This document shows, piece by piece, positions 49,801-61,246 of a DNA stretch of 64,000 nt. Made by a program: the position numbers and the translations under genes. A model generated the notes under the pieces. That model did not search any database and was not told the DNA's origin. It saw nothing but the letters and a program-made list of their open reading frames with translations. Source of the stretch: Psammoneis japonica (taxonomy: Eukaryota); the NCBI GenBank assembly GCA_008632985.1, contig QPGO01000202.1:62001-126000 (forward strand). Reading direction: 5' to 3'. Within the stretch, counting starts at the first letter, position 1. Each line of letters begins with the position of its first letter.

Positions 49801-52562
49801 TCTTTTTGACATGCCGGTGTCATTTTGTCATTCCGAAGGCACTGCTCAATGGGAATCTTTTGAAAATGACCCGTGACGTGCAACCCACAAATCAATTGAG
49901 GACGCCTGTAGAATCCACACGTTTTTGCACTGAAACTGTCATGTTCACACAATTTGTGCAAAAATGGACTTGACTGTCATCGGGTCAGGTGCATTTTTGC
50001 AAATGTGTTGAAGAAAAAATGCGCCTGATCAGAAAACAGTCAAATCCATTTTTTGCAAAGTTAAAATTCACTGAGGACAGACAGACAGACTTGTCTTGGT
50101 GCTGTCCCACACGATTTCTGCACAATGACTCTACAGCGCGAAAGATTGCCATTGTCATGCACTGGTGGACAAATGTCCATTTTTCTTTTCTTTTTTTTTC
50201 TGAATCTTTGGCACATCTCGTGTGTCGACATGACAAGTTGTTTGTGTCTTGCCTCGTACATTGTGCAGTGCAACCACACGGGTGTTGTGAGATTGTCTTT
50301 TGCCAGTGTGAAGTGGACACTGCAATGCCGCACACCAATCTGTCACAGAGTTTTTTTCTAACCGTCCTTTAAAACAAGGCAATTTTGTCCTTGTGACATG
50401 AGCATTTTTTGATCTCGCTCGCCTCCACGAAAAGTGTTCATGTGACATGTCGCGTCCGACAATTTGGAGGGAAATGTCTTTGTCCCATTTTGACGGTGGG
50501 ACATTGTCGCAGGATTCAATTTTCTTCACAGTAAGTCGGCTGATCGTGTCGATCAATGGCATTGCAACGACGTTTGCCTTGCCCTTGATTGACATTTGTT
50601 CGGGACTGAAGTTTTCCATTGCAAGTCGCCAACGTGTGACTTTGTCCATTGTGTCTTGTGATCCGCAAATTTTTTAATCTGTTGGCCAAACAGTGTGTTT
50701 CGGAATTTTATGAGTTTTTTCACTGTGGACAGAAGTTCTTTTTTCCATTGCAACGCATGACATTGAAATGCGTGTGTGACAACAATGTAGTTTTTGATTT
50801 GATGCGCTCCATGTTTTCGGAGACTTTTTGTTCCGCACTTGCACTTTTGCCGTTTGACCTTCATTGAGGTGAATCTGGCCAGCATTGTACAGGAGATTGT
50901 TGAGACTGCGTGTTTCGACAGCAATGATGTGCAACAACGAGTTGTCGCAGTGTTGTTTGCGTTTTTCTCGTGTTGCGATTGCTTGAATCGCCTCCATTTC
51001 CTTTGCAATCGAGTGCATGTCATTGCGTGTGGAAGTCTTGACAGTTCATTTCAAGTTAAATGGTGAAGGACTTTTGTTGTCAAACTTCCAAGCAACTGTT
51101 CCAGTCATTTGAATGCCGCACCAAGCCATCACTTGTGCAGGTGACATTTTGAAGTCACTTTTTGTCAGGCACAAACAATCGTGTGCAGTCGTTCTGACAA
51201 CTTCAAACCTGTTGTGAGTTCACTCATGTGTTGTTTAAAAACATCTGGGGCTCCACAGCTTCTCACAGGAAGTCCACAGCACTTTTTTTCTCCCCACGGC
51301 ATGATTTTTGTGTTGGCACGACATGTGCTTTTTTAATTTGATGTGACAGTGTCCCACATTCAAATCGAGTGAGGTCACATGTGTGAACCTTCTAGTTTCT
51401 GAAGCACATCCTGAACATTTGGCAGAGGATGCGGCGCACGTGCTGGCCTCTTGTTCAGTTCACGAAAGTCGGGTGGAAACCGAGCTTTGACCATTTTTCT
51501 GTTTTTTAAAGGTTGGAGCTGTCCACTCAGAACTGTTTGTTTTCCTTTGGGACTTTTAGCTTACAGAGCCTTTCAATCTCCTTGCGAGTCGCCTCCAAGG
51601 CTTGTGGAAACAGGAAACCTTTTGCGTGACACGGTTTTGAGCCAGCGAATCATTTCTGCCTTTTTCCCAGGCTTCCCAACACCCAGCAGAGCACACAATT
51701 CGTGAACAGACCCAAATTGTTCTTCGGATTCACTCTGGATCATCTGATCAAATTGGCAATTTTCTTCACTGAGGGCATCAGAATCCAACTCTTTGCCCTC
51801 ATGCTCTTTTTCTTTGTTCGAGGAACTCGCTTTGAGTGTTTTTTAAACCGCCTGATCAATCATGACGTTCAACTCTTTTTTTGCGAGCGGCATTTTTGTC
51901 ATCGTGATGCCACGTGCGATTGCCATTTGAACGGCGCCGTTTCGGATCACGCTCAATGTGTCCATGGTGTTCTTTCGCCAGCTCATTTTCAGAATGGTTT
52001 CAATCCGTGATGCAGGTGTTCTTTTTTCAAAGATTGCACCTTTTGTTCACTTTGGATTGTTCAGGCACCACACAGGAGACCATTTTTGGAACCAAATTTG
52101 GAGCCATTTTGGTTTTGGAATCAACTCTGCTGTCAGAGCCTGATTTGACATGGTTCATTGTCATGGACGTCATGAACGACTTCCAAACGACTCAAAACTT
52201 AATCAGCTCATCAAGAGCATGTTCCAGCATTTCAGCATTTTGGGCAGTCGACTGATGCCACCATCCTTGTGGCGCGAGTGACAGCTGATGGCTCGCAGCT
52301 CGGTTTCCCGCTAGATTCAACTTAGAGTCGATTGAAGGGTCACACAGATGCTCTTCATTGACGTCTTGGGTCCAACAGAGGCTTTCTTGCTGTTGAGCTG
52401 CTCTGGTTTCTTCAGATCATCTTGAAAATGGCAACTCTGATTCTGAAGTGCAGTTCTTGGAAAGACATGAGACAAGAGACTCTTGAGGCACTTTCCAACG
52501 GTTCCATCTTGCTCTTTGGACTCGAGGTTTGTCGATTCGGTCTCTAAAAAATCTCCAACAGT
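43517..52562 (-). mobile_element. Degenerate Ty3/Gypsy element with internal tandem triplication (units ~44172-47545, 47546-49280, 49281-52562)
   Basis: Colinear with 61273-64000 (integrase, RNase H 'KELLSTVKTL', 'RWRLTMENFSPE', RT 'EAIQAIAT'). Three copies start at the same 'gttggatgt.aaacgtcatg' point. Many indels. Confidence 0.88.
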
Positions 52563-52929
52563 TGCAGCATGCGACTGTTGTGTGCACATTCATAATTGTG
52601 TGTTGTGTGTGTGTCAATCGCACCACAGTCGTGGATGCGCACAAAGGACAGAACGATCACACAGAGTTGATCGGATGTCGAAAATTACAAATACGATCGA
52701 TTGACGATGTTGACATCTTGCGTGTCAATGGCAATCGTATCCGGACAATCTGTTGTCACGAATATATTCTCCGAAAGGCCTTTTGTCTGTGGAAGCAGTG
52801 CAGAAGCTTTGGGCCATTGAGAACTTGTTCGGAGAAACCAAAAATCACAGAGTAAAATTTAATCTCATAATTTCCACTTTTCGCACACTGTTCTACTTTC
52901 GTTTGCACTCGTTCTTCGAGCATGGTGCA
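52563..52929 (+). repeat. LTR of the same family, opposite orientation to the adjacent internal domain
   Basis: Full-length homology to the other LTRs; flanks CAGT and GCTT do not form a TSD. Confidence 0.85.
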
Positions 52930-53270
52930 GCTTGTCACTGCAACTCCCATTCCAGCAACATCTCTCAGATGAACAGTGACTGTGACATGCCACAGCATTT
53001 TGGTGACAACCCCTCATTTGCTTGCAATTTGGTGGAACAAGAGAATGTCCAGGGGACAGTGGAGGCTGTCATGGTGGTCATGGAGGAAAGGCATCATGGC
53101 AAGGCAACTGCTGCTTGCAAATGGTGCAAGGACATTTCTCAGCACTTGGCTCATCCTGTGTTTCAGAACATCCCTCACTGTGGAGGAAAGCATGGCATTT
53201 TTGGCATGCTCCCCTGGGAGCTGTTGCATGCCTTGCACTTGGCTTTTTGCAAGTGTCTGCTTCAACAATG
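52930..53270 (+). mobile_element. Plavaka-like transposase fragment
   Basis: ACHCNSH...DCDMPQHFGDNP...SQHLAHPVFQNIPHCGGKHGIFGMLPWELLHALHLAFCKC resembles the Plavaka C..C/DNP...GI....P.ELLH...LG..KY pattern once His/Cys are reverted to Tyr. Confidence 0.6.
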
Positions 53271-53666
53271 CAGGAAACTTGAACAGACAACAGGGAGAAG
53301 GGGGGGTCATTGATGCTTGAGAGGCATGGAGAGAGACCAGTCGGCAGTTTGATGAGTCATCTGTCTAAAATGCCTTGCAGAACATGCAGAGTTTGCACTG
53401 AAACCTGTGTGGAAACCTTGCATGTGAGAACAACAAATGCCAAGAAGAGTGCTGAGCAAATGAGCCAACAGGGCTTGACGCCAATTGTTTTCCACTGCAT
53501 GAGATTGCCAATGATTGTAGAACAAAGGCATGTTGACAAAAGAGCACATCTGAACAGGCAGGTGAGAACCATCACCACACCATCAGAGAAAGGCAACATC
53601 AGCACCAGAGCTTGTGCAGAAAAACATGCAGAGGGTGCGGCCGTGAAGCTGAGGCAGAATTGTGCA
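53270..53666 (-). repeat. Dispersed repeat X, copy 2
   Basis: Reverse-complement homology to 26700-27090. Confidence 0.8.
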
Positions 53667-53770
53667 ATCATCCAAAAACAGCAGAGCACTGCAATGAAAC
53701 TGCATTTTTTGAAGACAGCCACGTGCACTTCATTCAAATCAACCAAAAGTGGAGTTAGAAAAACCAGTTG

Positions 53771-54138
53771 TGCAGCATGCAACTGTTGTGTGCATGTTTG
53801 TGATCACACATTGTTTGTGTGTCAATCGCACCACAGTCGCGGATGTGCACGAAGGACAGAATGATCACACAGAGTTCATCGGAAGTCAAAAATTGCAAAT
53901 GCAATTGACAGACAATGTCGACATCTCATGTGTCAATGGCAATCACATCCCAACAATCTGTTGTCATGAACAACTTTTTCGAAAGGCCTTTTAGTCTGTG
54001 GGACCAGCACAAGAGCTTTGGACCATTGAGAACTCATTCGGAGAAACCAAAAATCACAGAGCAAAACTCAATCTCACAATTTCCACTTTTTGCACTTTGC
54101 CCCACTTTTGTTTGTGCTTGTTCTTTGAGCATGGTGCA
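53771..54138 (+). repeat. Solo LTR, heavily mutated
   Basis: TGCAGCATGC...GCATGGTGCA termini and full-length homology; no clean TSD (GTTG / ACTG). Confidence 0.85.
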
Positions 54139-54281
54139 ACTGTTGTGGATGACACAAAGTTGGACAAGACACTTGAAGTTTTGCAAAAAAATTGTGGTTG
54201 TCCATTGCCAGTGATGCCAACACACAATCTGAGGATGAAATTGGCCATTTGGACTTGGATGAGTGCTCCTGACAGGAGGCC

Positions 54282-55180
54282 TTGGATGAACTGTTTGAAT
54301 TGACAGAGAAAAGAGTGGTCAAAATGGATGGGAAGGAGTGGTCTGCAAAGAGTGGGAAGGCCCCCAAAACTTCAAGGAAATGCCAAGTGCATTTTGGCAA
54401 CTGGGGCAATCCAAGGTTGAGTGTTCCCATTCCACACACTCCAAGAAATGCAGACATGGCTTGGCATGGCTCTGTCAGGCTCATCCAAAAGCATTTGGAA
54501 AATGAGGACAAGGAGATGGAAGAGCAAAAACAAGGTGCATCATTGATCGCTTGGGCAAGGCAGTGCCAAACACATTCTGCAAGGCTTGGTCCATTCACAA
54601 AGAGTGGCTTCATTGAGTGGCAAAAGAGTTGGCCAATGGCAACAAAATGTTGTGCTCAATGGAGGATGAGCACCTGCACACAACCCTTGCCATCAACAGT
54701 TGCTGTGGTGGTGGGGTTGCTGGCATTCATGTGGACACACACAATGCATCCATGCATTGGAGGGGATTGCCAGACTTTCATTGCAACCCAACCGGCAATG
54801 CAGACATTGCCCTCCTTGTGTGTGCTCCAGTCAAGAAAGGTGTGTTGAAGCCAATCTTGGTGTTGCAACATGCCAAAACCATGACTTTTTTCAATGCAGG
54901 ATCCTTTTGTCATGGAGCAATTCATGTGGGGATGCACCTCACTCATTTGAACAGTTTGTTCTTCTGTGCAAGTGAGTCAAACAAATTGCTCAGGCCCAAG
55001 CCAAAGTGGGTTGGCAATCACAGCAAGAATGGACAACATCTGTTCCTTGCTTGGCACACAAAGCAAAACTTGCCGATGGTGGATGCAACGGATGAGGTGC
55101 TGAAAACACAACATGGAACCTTGTTTGTTCATGATGAAGATTGGCAATGGGTGCAATCAAATTTGAAAGAACAGAAATGA
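54282..55180 (+). pseudogene. Degenerate 2OG-Fe(II) dioxygenase, TET/JBP-like
   Basis: HTTLAIN...AGIHVD (HxD at 54728-54736), TFFNAGSFCHG (distal His 54911-13), GQHLFLAWHTK (CAT at 55037-39 restores to Arg CGT). One frameshift near 54550 and a TGA (probably from CGA) at 54614-16. Confidence 0.55.
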
Positions 55181-55399
55181 GTGCAATGACCTGAGCAGCG
55201 ATGGTTCCGACAAGGATTGGACATGTCTGCACAAAAGGTCAGACAGAATGGAACCAGTTCATGACTGCAGTGAGGCATCCAAAATTTGGCAACTTCAGGA
55301 AAGGTGACAACTGCAATGACAATGCACACAAGGAGCTGCTTTTGCAGACAACAGACAGGGTTGACACAGTTGGAACATTCCAAAAAGGACACAACTGAG

Positions 55400-57230
55400 A
55401 CACATCAAACTCCAGCAGATCCGTTGGCCTCATCAAACATGTCATCATTGTCTGCCATAGAATGCTCCAGCTCCTTGGTTGCATGTCACTTGTTTCCATT
55501 CAGTTGCACCTCATTGTCCAGCTCGGAGGGTGGGAAAATGACTTGCTCCACTGGGAAAAGGTTGCTGTGGTCTGTTCCCTTGGTGCGTGACAGAAAATCA
55601 AGAGTTGGTCCAACCAGGACATCCATTGCAACAGCAGCCAAATCTGCATTTGTGGGGCAAAAGCTGGCTGATTTGGTTTCTCCACCTCCAAATTGTTGCT
55701 TCAGGAAAGAAAGGCCCATGTTCACTGAAAGTGCCATCCAATGCACGGTTGGAGGTCATGACAATGTTGCGCCACTTCATGAAATGTGCAATGTCTGGGG
55801 CAGCATGCTTCTGCTTGGATTTAGCCAAAGGGACATTGGCAATGAAGTGATTGTGCAAACGCGCACATTTTTGAACAACACCATCATTGGCTGGATCACT
55901 GCTTTTGGGTGCAGCTGGCATGTCATCCATGTTGCACAGGCTGTCAATCAGATCATCCTCATGATGCCAGAACACATTGGCAAGGAGAAACTTTGCAGTG
56001 ATCAACTGGGTGAGTGCCTCCTGAGCAGCACTTTCCATGCAGTGGGTCACAGCTGGCTCATTGTTCTTGGCGTAAAAGTTGGTGACTTTGTCGTGGCTCT
56101 GACTGCAGTCTTTCATTGGCATTCAAGTGCAACAAAGGCTGACAGCAGCAGCAAGAGGCAAGAAAAAATCTGCCCACAGAGATGGGGCCAACCATCCAAA
56201 GTGGCAGGTGGTGCAGAGACAGGCTGCATTGTGACGACACGCAACAGCACTGTTTTCCTCAACTGTTGACACAGTGCCAGCAGGAGGGGCAGTGAACAAG
56301 TCAACAGGAGTGTGCTGGCCTGCAAAAAAGACAAATGAACCACAAACCCATCATGAGTCACACAGAGAAGATTCAAAGAAGAGGGGACAAGGATTTGCAT
56401 CACCTGCATCACCATGATGGGAGCCACAGACTCCACAAAGGACTGTGGGAAACAAGGCACTGCCGGCCTTTTTGGGTGGCAGAGTGTGGTTGATTTGTGT
56501 TCTGAGACAGGAAGCAAAGGTGTTTTGTTCTTGATTCATGAAGTTGAGGGCCAAGGGGCCAACCTTCTCCCAAAACTTTTGACAAACTTCAGGTTTGTTG
56601 AATTCATTGTCAGACCTGTCCTTGTCATTTTTTGGGTTTTTTGGGAAGACATGTTCCCAAACCATCAAGGCAAAGGGACATTTGGAGTTTGCACCAGCAT
56701 CCAGGAGTGGATGGCAATTCACAGTGTTGCCAATCTCTTGTTTGGATGGAAAACCCAGAGAGAACAGAGCAGCATGACCCACCTTTGAGTTGCCCACTTT
56801 CTTCACAAAGTTGGTCTCCAAATTTGTCATTTTGCTGGCATGAAAGGTCTGTTTCTGAGCTTTCTAGAGAGAGGCAACGGCCTTGTTGGCGGTGACAATT
56901 TTTGCACCACAGGCGTTGTGCTTTTGCTGCAGTTGCTTGCACATCTTTTTGTTGTGGTTTTTGCATGGGCTGCACATCCTCCAGCAAAACAAAAGCCACA
57001 CTCTGCAATCATTGCCAGACATTTGGTTTCACTTTGTCATGCTGCTTGAGAGAAATTCAACATCTTCTTTTTGAATTTGAGGGGAACAGTTCTCAGACAC
57101 ATCATCAGAGGAGTCGGCTTCTTCATTGATGGAGGCTGCAGCAGCAGTGGCAGCTGCTGGGTCATTGACTGGTGGAGCAGCTGTGGATGACATGTTCCAG
57201 CCCTGGGTGGAAGCTTGTGGTGCTGACATG
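55400..57230 (-). pseudogene. Degenerate ORF of unknown function, convergent with the TET/JBP-like relic
   Basis: Consecutive protein-like minus-strand segments (57229-57029, 56830-56351, 56122-55598) broken by stops and frameshifts. Confidence 0.35.
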
Positions 57231-58789
57231 TGACATGATCATTTTTGTCGTCTGTTGCATGTTTCACACTCACATTTCTGCATGTGATCTTTCAAAAAAT
57301 TGTTCCACACTCCCTGTTTTGCAAAGCCCCAGATGTTTCATTTGGCACATTTGTGGGAACAACAATGCACCAGGCACATCCTTCAATGTCTGAAGAATGC
57401 ACCTGGCTGAGTGAGAACTGACTTGCTTCAATCATGAACAAGTTTGTGCGTTCTCAAAATTGCCTCTTTTTCTGTTGGCAATCATTGACATTTTCATTGC
57501 CTGACAATTTTACTGCGGAGCTTGCACGCAGAATTGCATGGGCCCAATGTCACATGGATTCCCACCTGCATCTGGAGCATGTCGGACAAAGAGCCTTGAC
57601 ATCACAGAGGGCCAGTCCTGGAGAGCCTTGCCTGGGCTGCCCAGAAGGACGAACTTGGCAACCTCCACCATGACCTCCACCATGGCTGCCAGCACCACTG
57701 GCACGACTGGCATTGTTGGGGCCAGCAACTTGTTGGTTTGGCTTCTTCCATTTTTTGGGCGGCATGGTTGATGACAGCACAAAATGGAAAAAGGGGTTGA
57801 TTTAAGTCCTGGAAATGGGAGTGCAAAGGCAGAAGTGTGTGAAATTTCCAATCTTGACAAGGGCACTTTAATGTCATAAAATCAAACTTGTTGAACAAAT
57901 GTGGGATGTCAATGACTGAATGATTCATCAAGGTTTTCAAATCATTCAAACCATTGCATTGTGGCAAAAAGATTGAATTTTAAAATGAAATTGTTGCTGA
58001 GAAAGAGATGCTGGTGGGAATCAACTGATGGCGATGCTCACAGTTTGGCCAAAAAACGAGTTGTCCCTCCCTCACAAGACACAGAAAATGCAAACTCAAG
58101 TTGCAAGCAATGCATGAAAATGTGAGCGGCAGTGACAAGTGGCGGCATTGTGGATGGGACAGAATGAAATGCAGGACACAAGGTGAGAAAGAGGAAACAA
58201 GTGGCTGGTGCATGGAGATCAGGTGCACAACGCAAACAACGGACACTTGTGCACATCTTTGCACACAGAAATCTGCACAGCAACCTGACATGATGCAAAG
58301 GAAGATTGGCAATGGGGAAGGGCACAAAGGCGAGCCAAAGCAATGCATGAGACAAGATTGCAGGAAACACAAGACACACGCAAAAACTGATCATTGGCAC
58401 AAAGGTTTGTCCAGTTGCAGGCAATGCTTTGCCCAGCCAAACAGAAGGAACCTGAGATTGATCATTCATCAGCGGCTGCAACACAGTGGTGTTCACTTCC
58501 CTTCATCTGGTTTGTGCCAATTGACGTTGTGTGAGTTTGTCTTTTTTTTTACTCAAGAACAAGCATGTGAGGTGAGAAATTGGGCTTCATTGGAAAACCT
58601 CTGCTGCTGTGATTTTTTGCACATTCATCACCAACATTCATCCAGTCCATCAAGTTGTGCATGTTTGCACACAAACGTCAGAGCCACACTCACCACTCTC
58701 AAGGCTGCAGCATTCAGATGGGGTGAGATGTGGCTCAACCCCAGAGCCATGATTGCAAACATTTTCAGCTTTGCTGCTGTGCAACGGTG

Positions 58790-59103
58790 TGACCATGATT
58801 CTCACCTGCCCACTCCAACTGCTTCTCTCTTGACACACACTCATTTCATCAAAAGTGAGTGGCATTGAGCCCTTTGGCTTGTTTGCTCATCATCCTTCTT
58901 GGCATTTTTCTTCCTTGTGTGCAAAATTTCCACACAAGTTTCAGCACAATCTCCACACATTCTGAAAGTCAACTTGCCAAACTGTTGACTGCTCTCCATC
59001 CATGCCTCTCAGGTGTCAGTGACCCAAATTCTGTCCATTGTCAATTTAAATTCCATGCTTCACATGGTGAACAACCTTCTGTTGTTGTTGCTCTTCAAAG
59101 TTT
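58790..59103 (+). repeat. Dispersed repeat X, copy 3 (more diverged)
   Basis: ttgagccctttggcttgtttgctc...ctctccatccatgcctctcaggtgtcagtgaccc...tggtgaacaaccttctgttgttgttg matches 26880-27135. Confidence 0.7.
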
Positions 59104-60867
59104 TGTCATCCATTTGCTTCTCCCATTGGCTTTTCCGTGCAAGATCTGGCACTGTTTCTGTGTGACACCACTGACAATCTGTGTGTCACTTCTCTGGACT
59201 GCTTTTGTCCTTGCCAATTGGCCCCCAATGCTGCTTCTTTTCTCTGCTGTTCAATCAAATCCTTCACTCTTTGGGGTGAATGTGCTGCTTCTGTTGTGGC
59301 CTTTCCAGCAAGAGTGCAAGTCATCCTGTGGCATCATTTGATTGTCATCCTGTTTGCTGCTCCCATCAGCTTTTCTGCACAAGACCTGGCACTGTTTCAA
59401 CATGCAACAAATGTTTTTGCCAATGACCTGCTTGTCTCACCTTCACGGCTTCTTTTGCAAACTCTTTTGGCAACCTGTCCAAATGCAATTGTCCTCTGCA
59501 GCTGTGGTGTGCATTCTGTGGCTGTCATCAGCAAGCACACAATGAATTCCTCATGTGAGTCATTCCTTTTCAGTTGTTTTGGTGGGGTGTCACCTTCTGG
59601 TGGTGCCCATTCTGGCCAATCCCATGCAAGCTCCTGCTGCACTGAAACAGTGCACTGGGAGTGTGGGTCAGCTGGCACCGGCGTGGCTGGCAATGGAGTG
59701 ACTGCACTTGCAACTCAGATTTCTTTTTTTTTTTGTTCACTGGGGGTGTGGGTCGCTTGTTGTCAGAGTTGCAGGATGGAAGCACAGCAGCAGTTTAAGT
59801 GCAGATTTTGGGTTTTGCTTTGCTTTGACTGATGCAAGCAGCACAAAGCAGTGTGACTGCCTTGAAGTGCAGATCAGGAAGAGCAGTGTGCAACCCCACG
59901 AATGACATGTTGTGATGTGGCACTTGCTTCACTGTCAATGGAAAGACAGCAAGCAAACCCCTCAACAAGAAGCTTGTGTGCCTCAGGTTGGCAGCAGCAG
60001 CAAAGCACATGCCCCATTCATTCCATCCAATGAGCGGCTTTGACAAAGGCAAGATGCCCAAGTTGTCACTCAGCTGTGCTGAGGCAAAGCAAGGAAGACA
60101 AATCAGATGTTGGTAAAAAGGAACCTCTTCTCCAGTCTCCTGGGATCAGCTGGTCAGGAATTCACTCAAAGTGATGCAGAGATGTTTGTCCAAGCACTGG
60201 TCAAAACAAAGAGAAGAGAGGCAGAGTTGGGTGCAATGCAAACTGACATCTCCAAGAGAGCTGCTTTTGCTGCCAGTTTGTGTCTTGAAACAACAAAAAA
60301 AATGACAAAAGACAGAAAAAGAAAGTTCTGTGGTTGCATCAACTCTGTCAATGCCAGCAGCAACAAAGGGAAAAGCAAAAAAAATCTTTGTTCACCCATG
60401 GTGTGACCCATGTTGTGCCAGTTGCATCGTGACAAATGGCTTGTGCACAATCACATCTGGCACACATCAACCACCTTTGTGTGCATGTTGGTCAGGAGGG
60501 GTGCAGAGGTGCACTTGCAGGATTCAATGGGGTCCCTGTGTGCAAGTTCATGGTGCAGTGTCTGCCCTTGGGCAGATCAAAACATGGTTGCAGGCACACA
60601 CTGTCAAAGCCATGTGCATCCATGGTGTTTGTTGGGCTGTTCTCAACTTGAGAAATGTTGTTCACTTTGAATGCTGTGTCCTGTTTGCCAGTCTTCTTGT
60701 TCAGCAGTTGGAGTCAATCCACCACTCAGCTGTCATGAGCAATGCAGCACTTGTTCTTTGCATCCTTTAAACTCAGGATGTTTGCAGCTGTGTTCTGTGA
60801 TCCAAACTTCATGTCTCCTCATCCAGTCATGGTGGCATGGTGCTTGTCCAAGGCACACCAGTGGACA

Positions 60868-61246
60868 TGCACTATGCTCGAAGAACGAGTGTAAACGAAA
60901 GTATGACGAAGTTCAAAAGGTGAAAATTATGAGAATCATTTCTGCGCAATCATTTTGGGTTTCTCCGAACGGGTTCTCAATAGCCTGAACCTTTTGCACT
61001 GCTCCTACAGACAAAAGGCCTTTCGGAGAATATGATCGTGACGACAGATTGTCCGGATACGATTGACATTGACACGTAAGATGTCAACATCATCGTACGA
61101 TCGCATTTGCGATTCTCGACATCCAATCACTTCTGTGTGACTGATCTGTACTTCGTACGAACCCACGATTGACGTACGATTGAAACATACTTTTATTTAA
61201 TATATAGATATACATATATAATACGTACATGACAACGCACATTGCA
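60868..61246 (-). repeat. 3' LTR of the youngest Gypsy element
   Basis: TGCA termini; PPT AGGGAGGCGAA (61247-61257) lies just after the integrase stop; retains a (TA)n tract at ~61187-61230. Confidence 0.92.

Noticed and set aside
60420..60800. Possible Copia gag-like fragment on the minus strand
   Set aside because: The resemblance is too weak to support by eye.
39200..60860. Hundreds of overlapping 60-330 aa Cys/His-rich ORFs in all six frames (also 1-5 kb and 25.7-29.8 kb)
   Set aside because: This is an artefact of TpA loss: TAA/TAG stops and Tyr codons are missing, and TG/CA excess inflates Cys/His. They are not genes or zinc-finger proteins.
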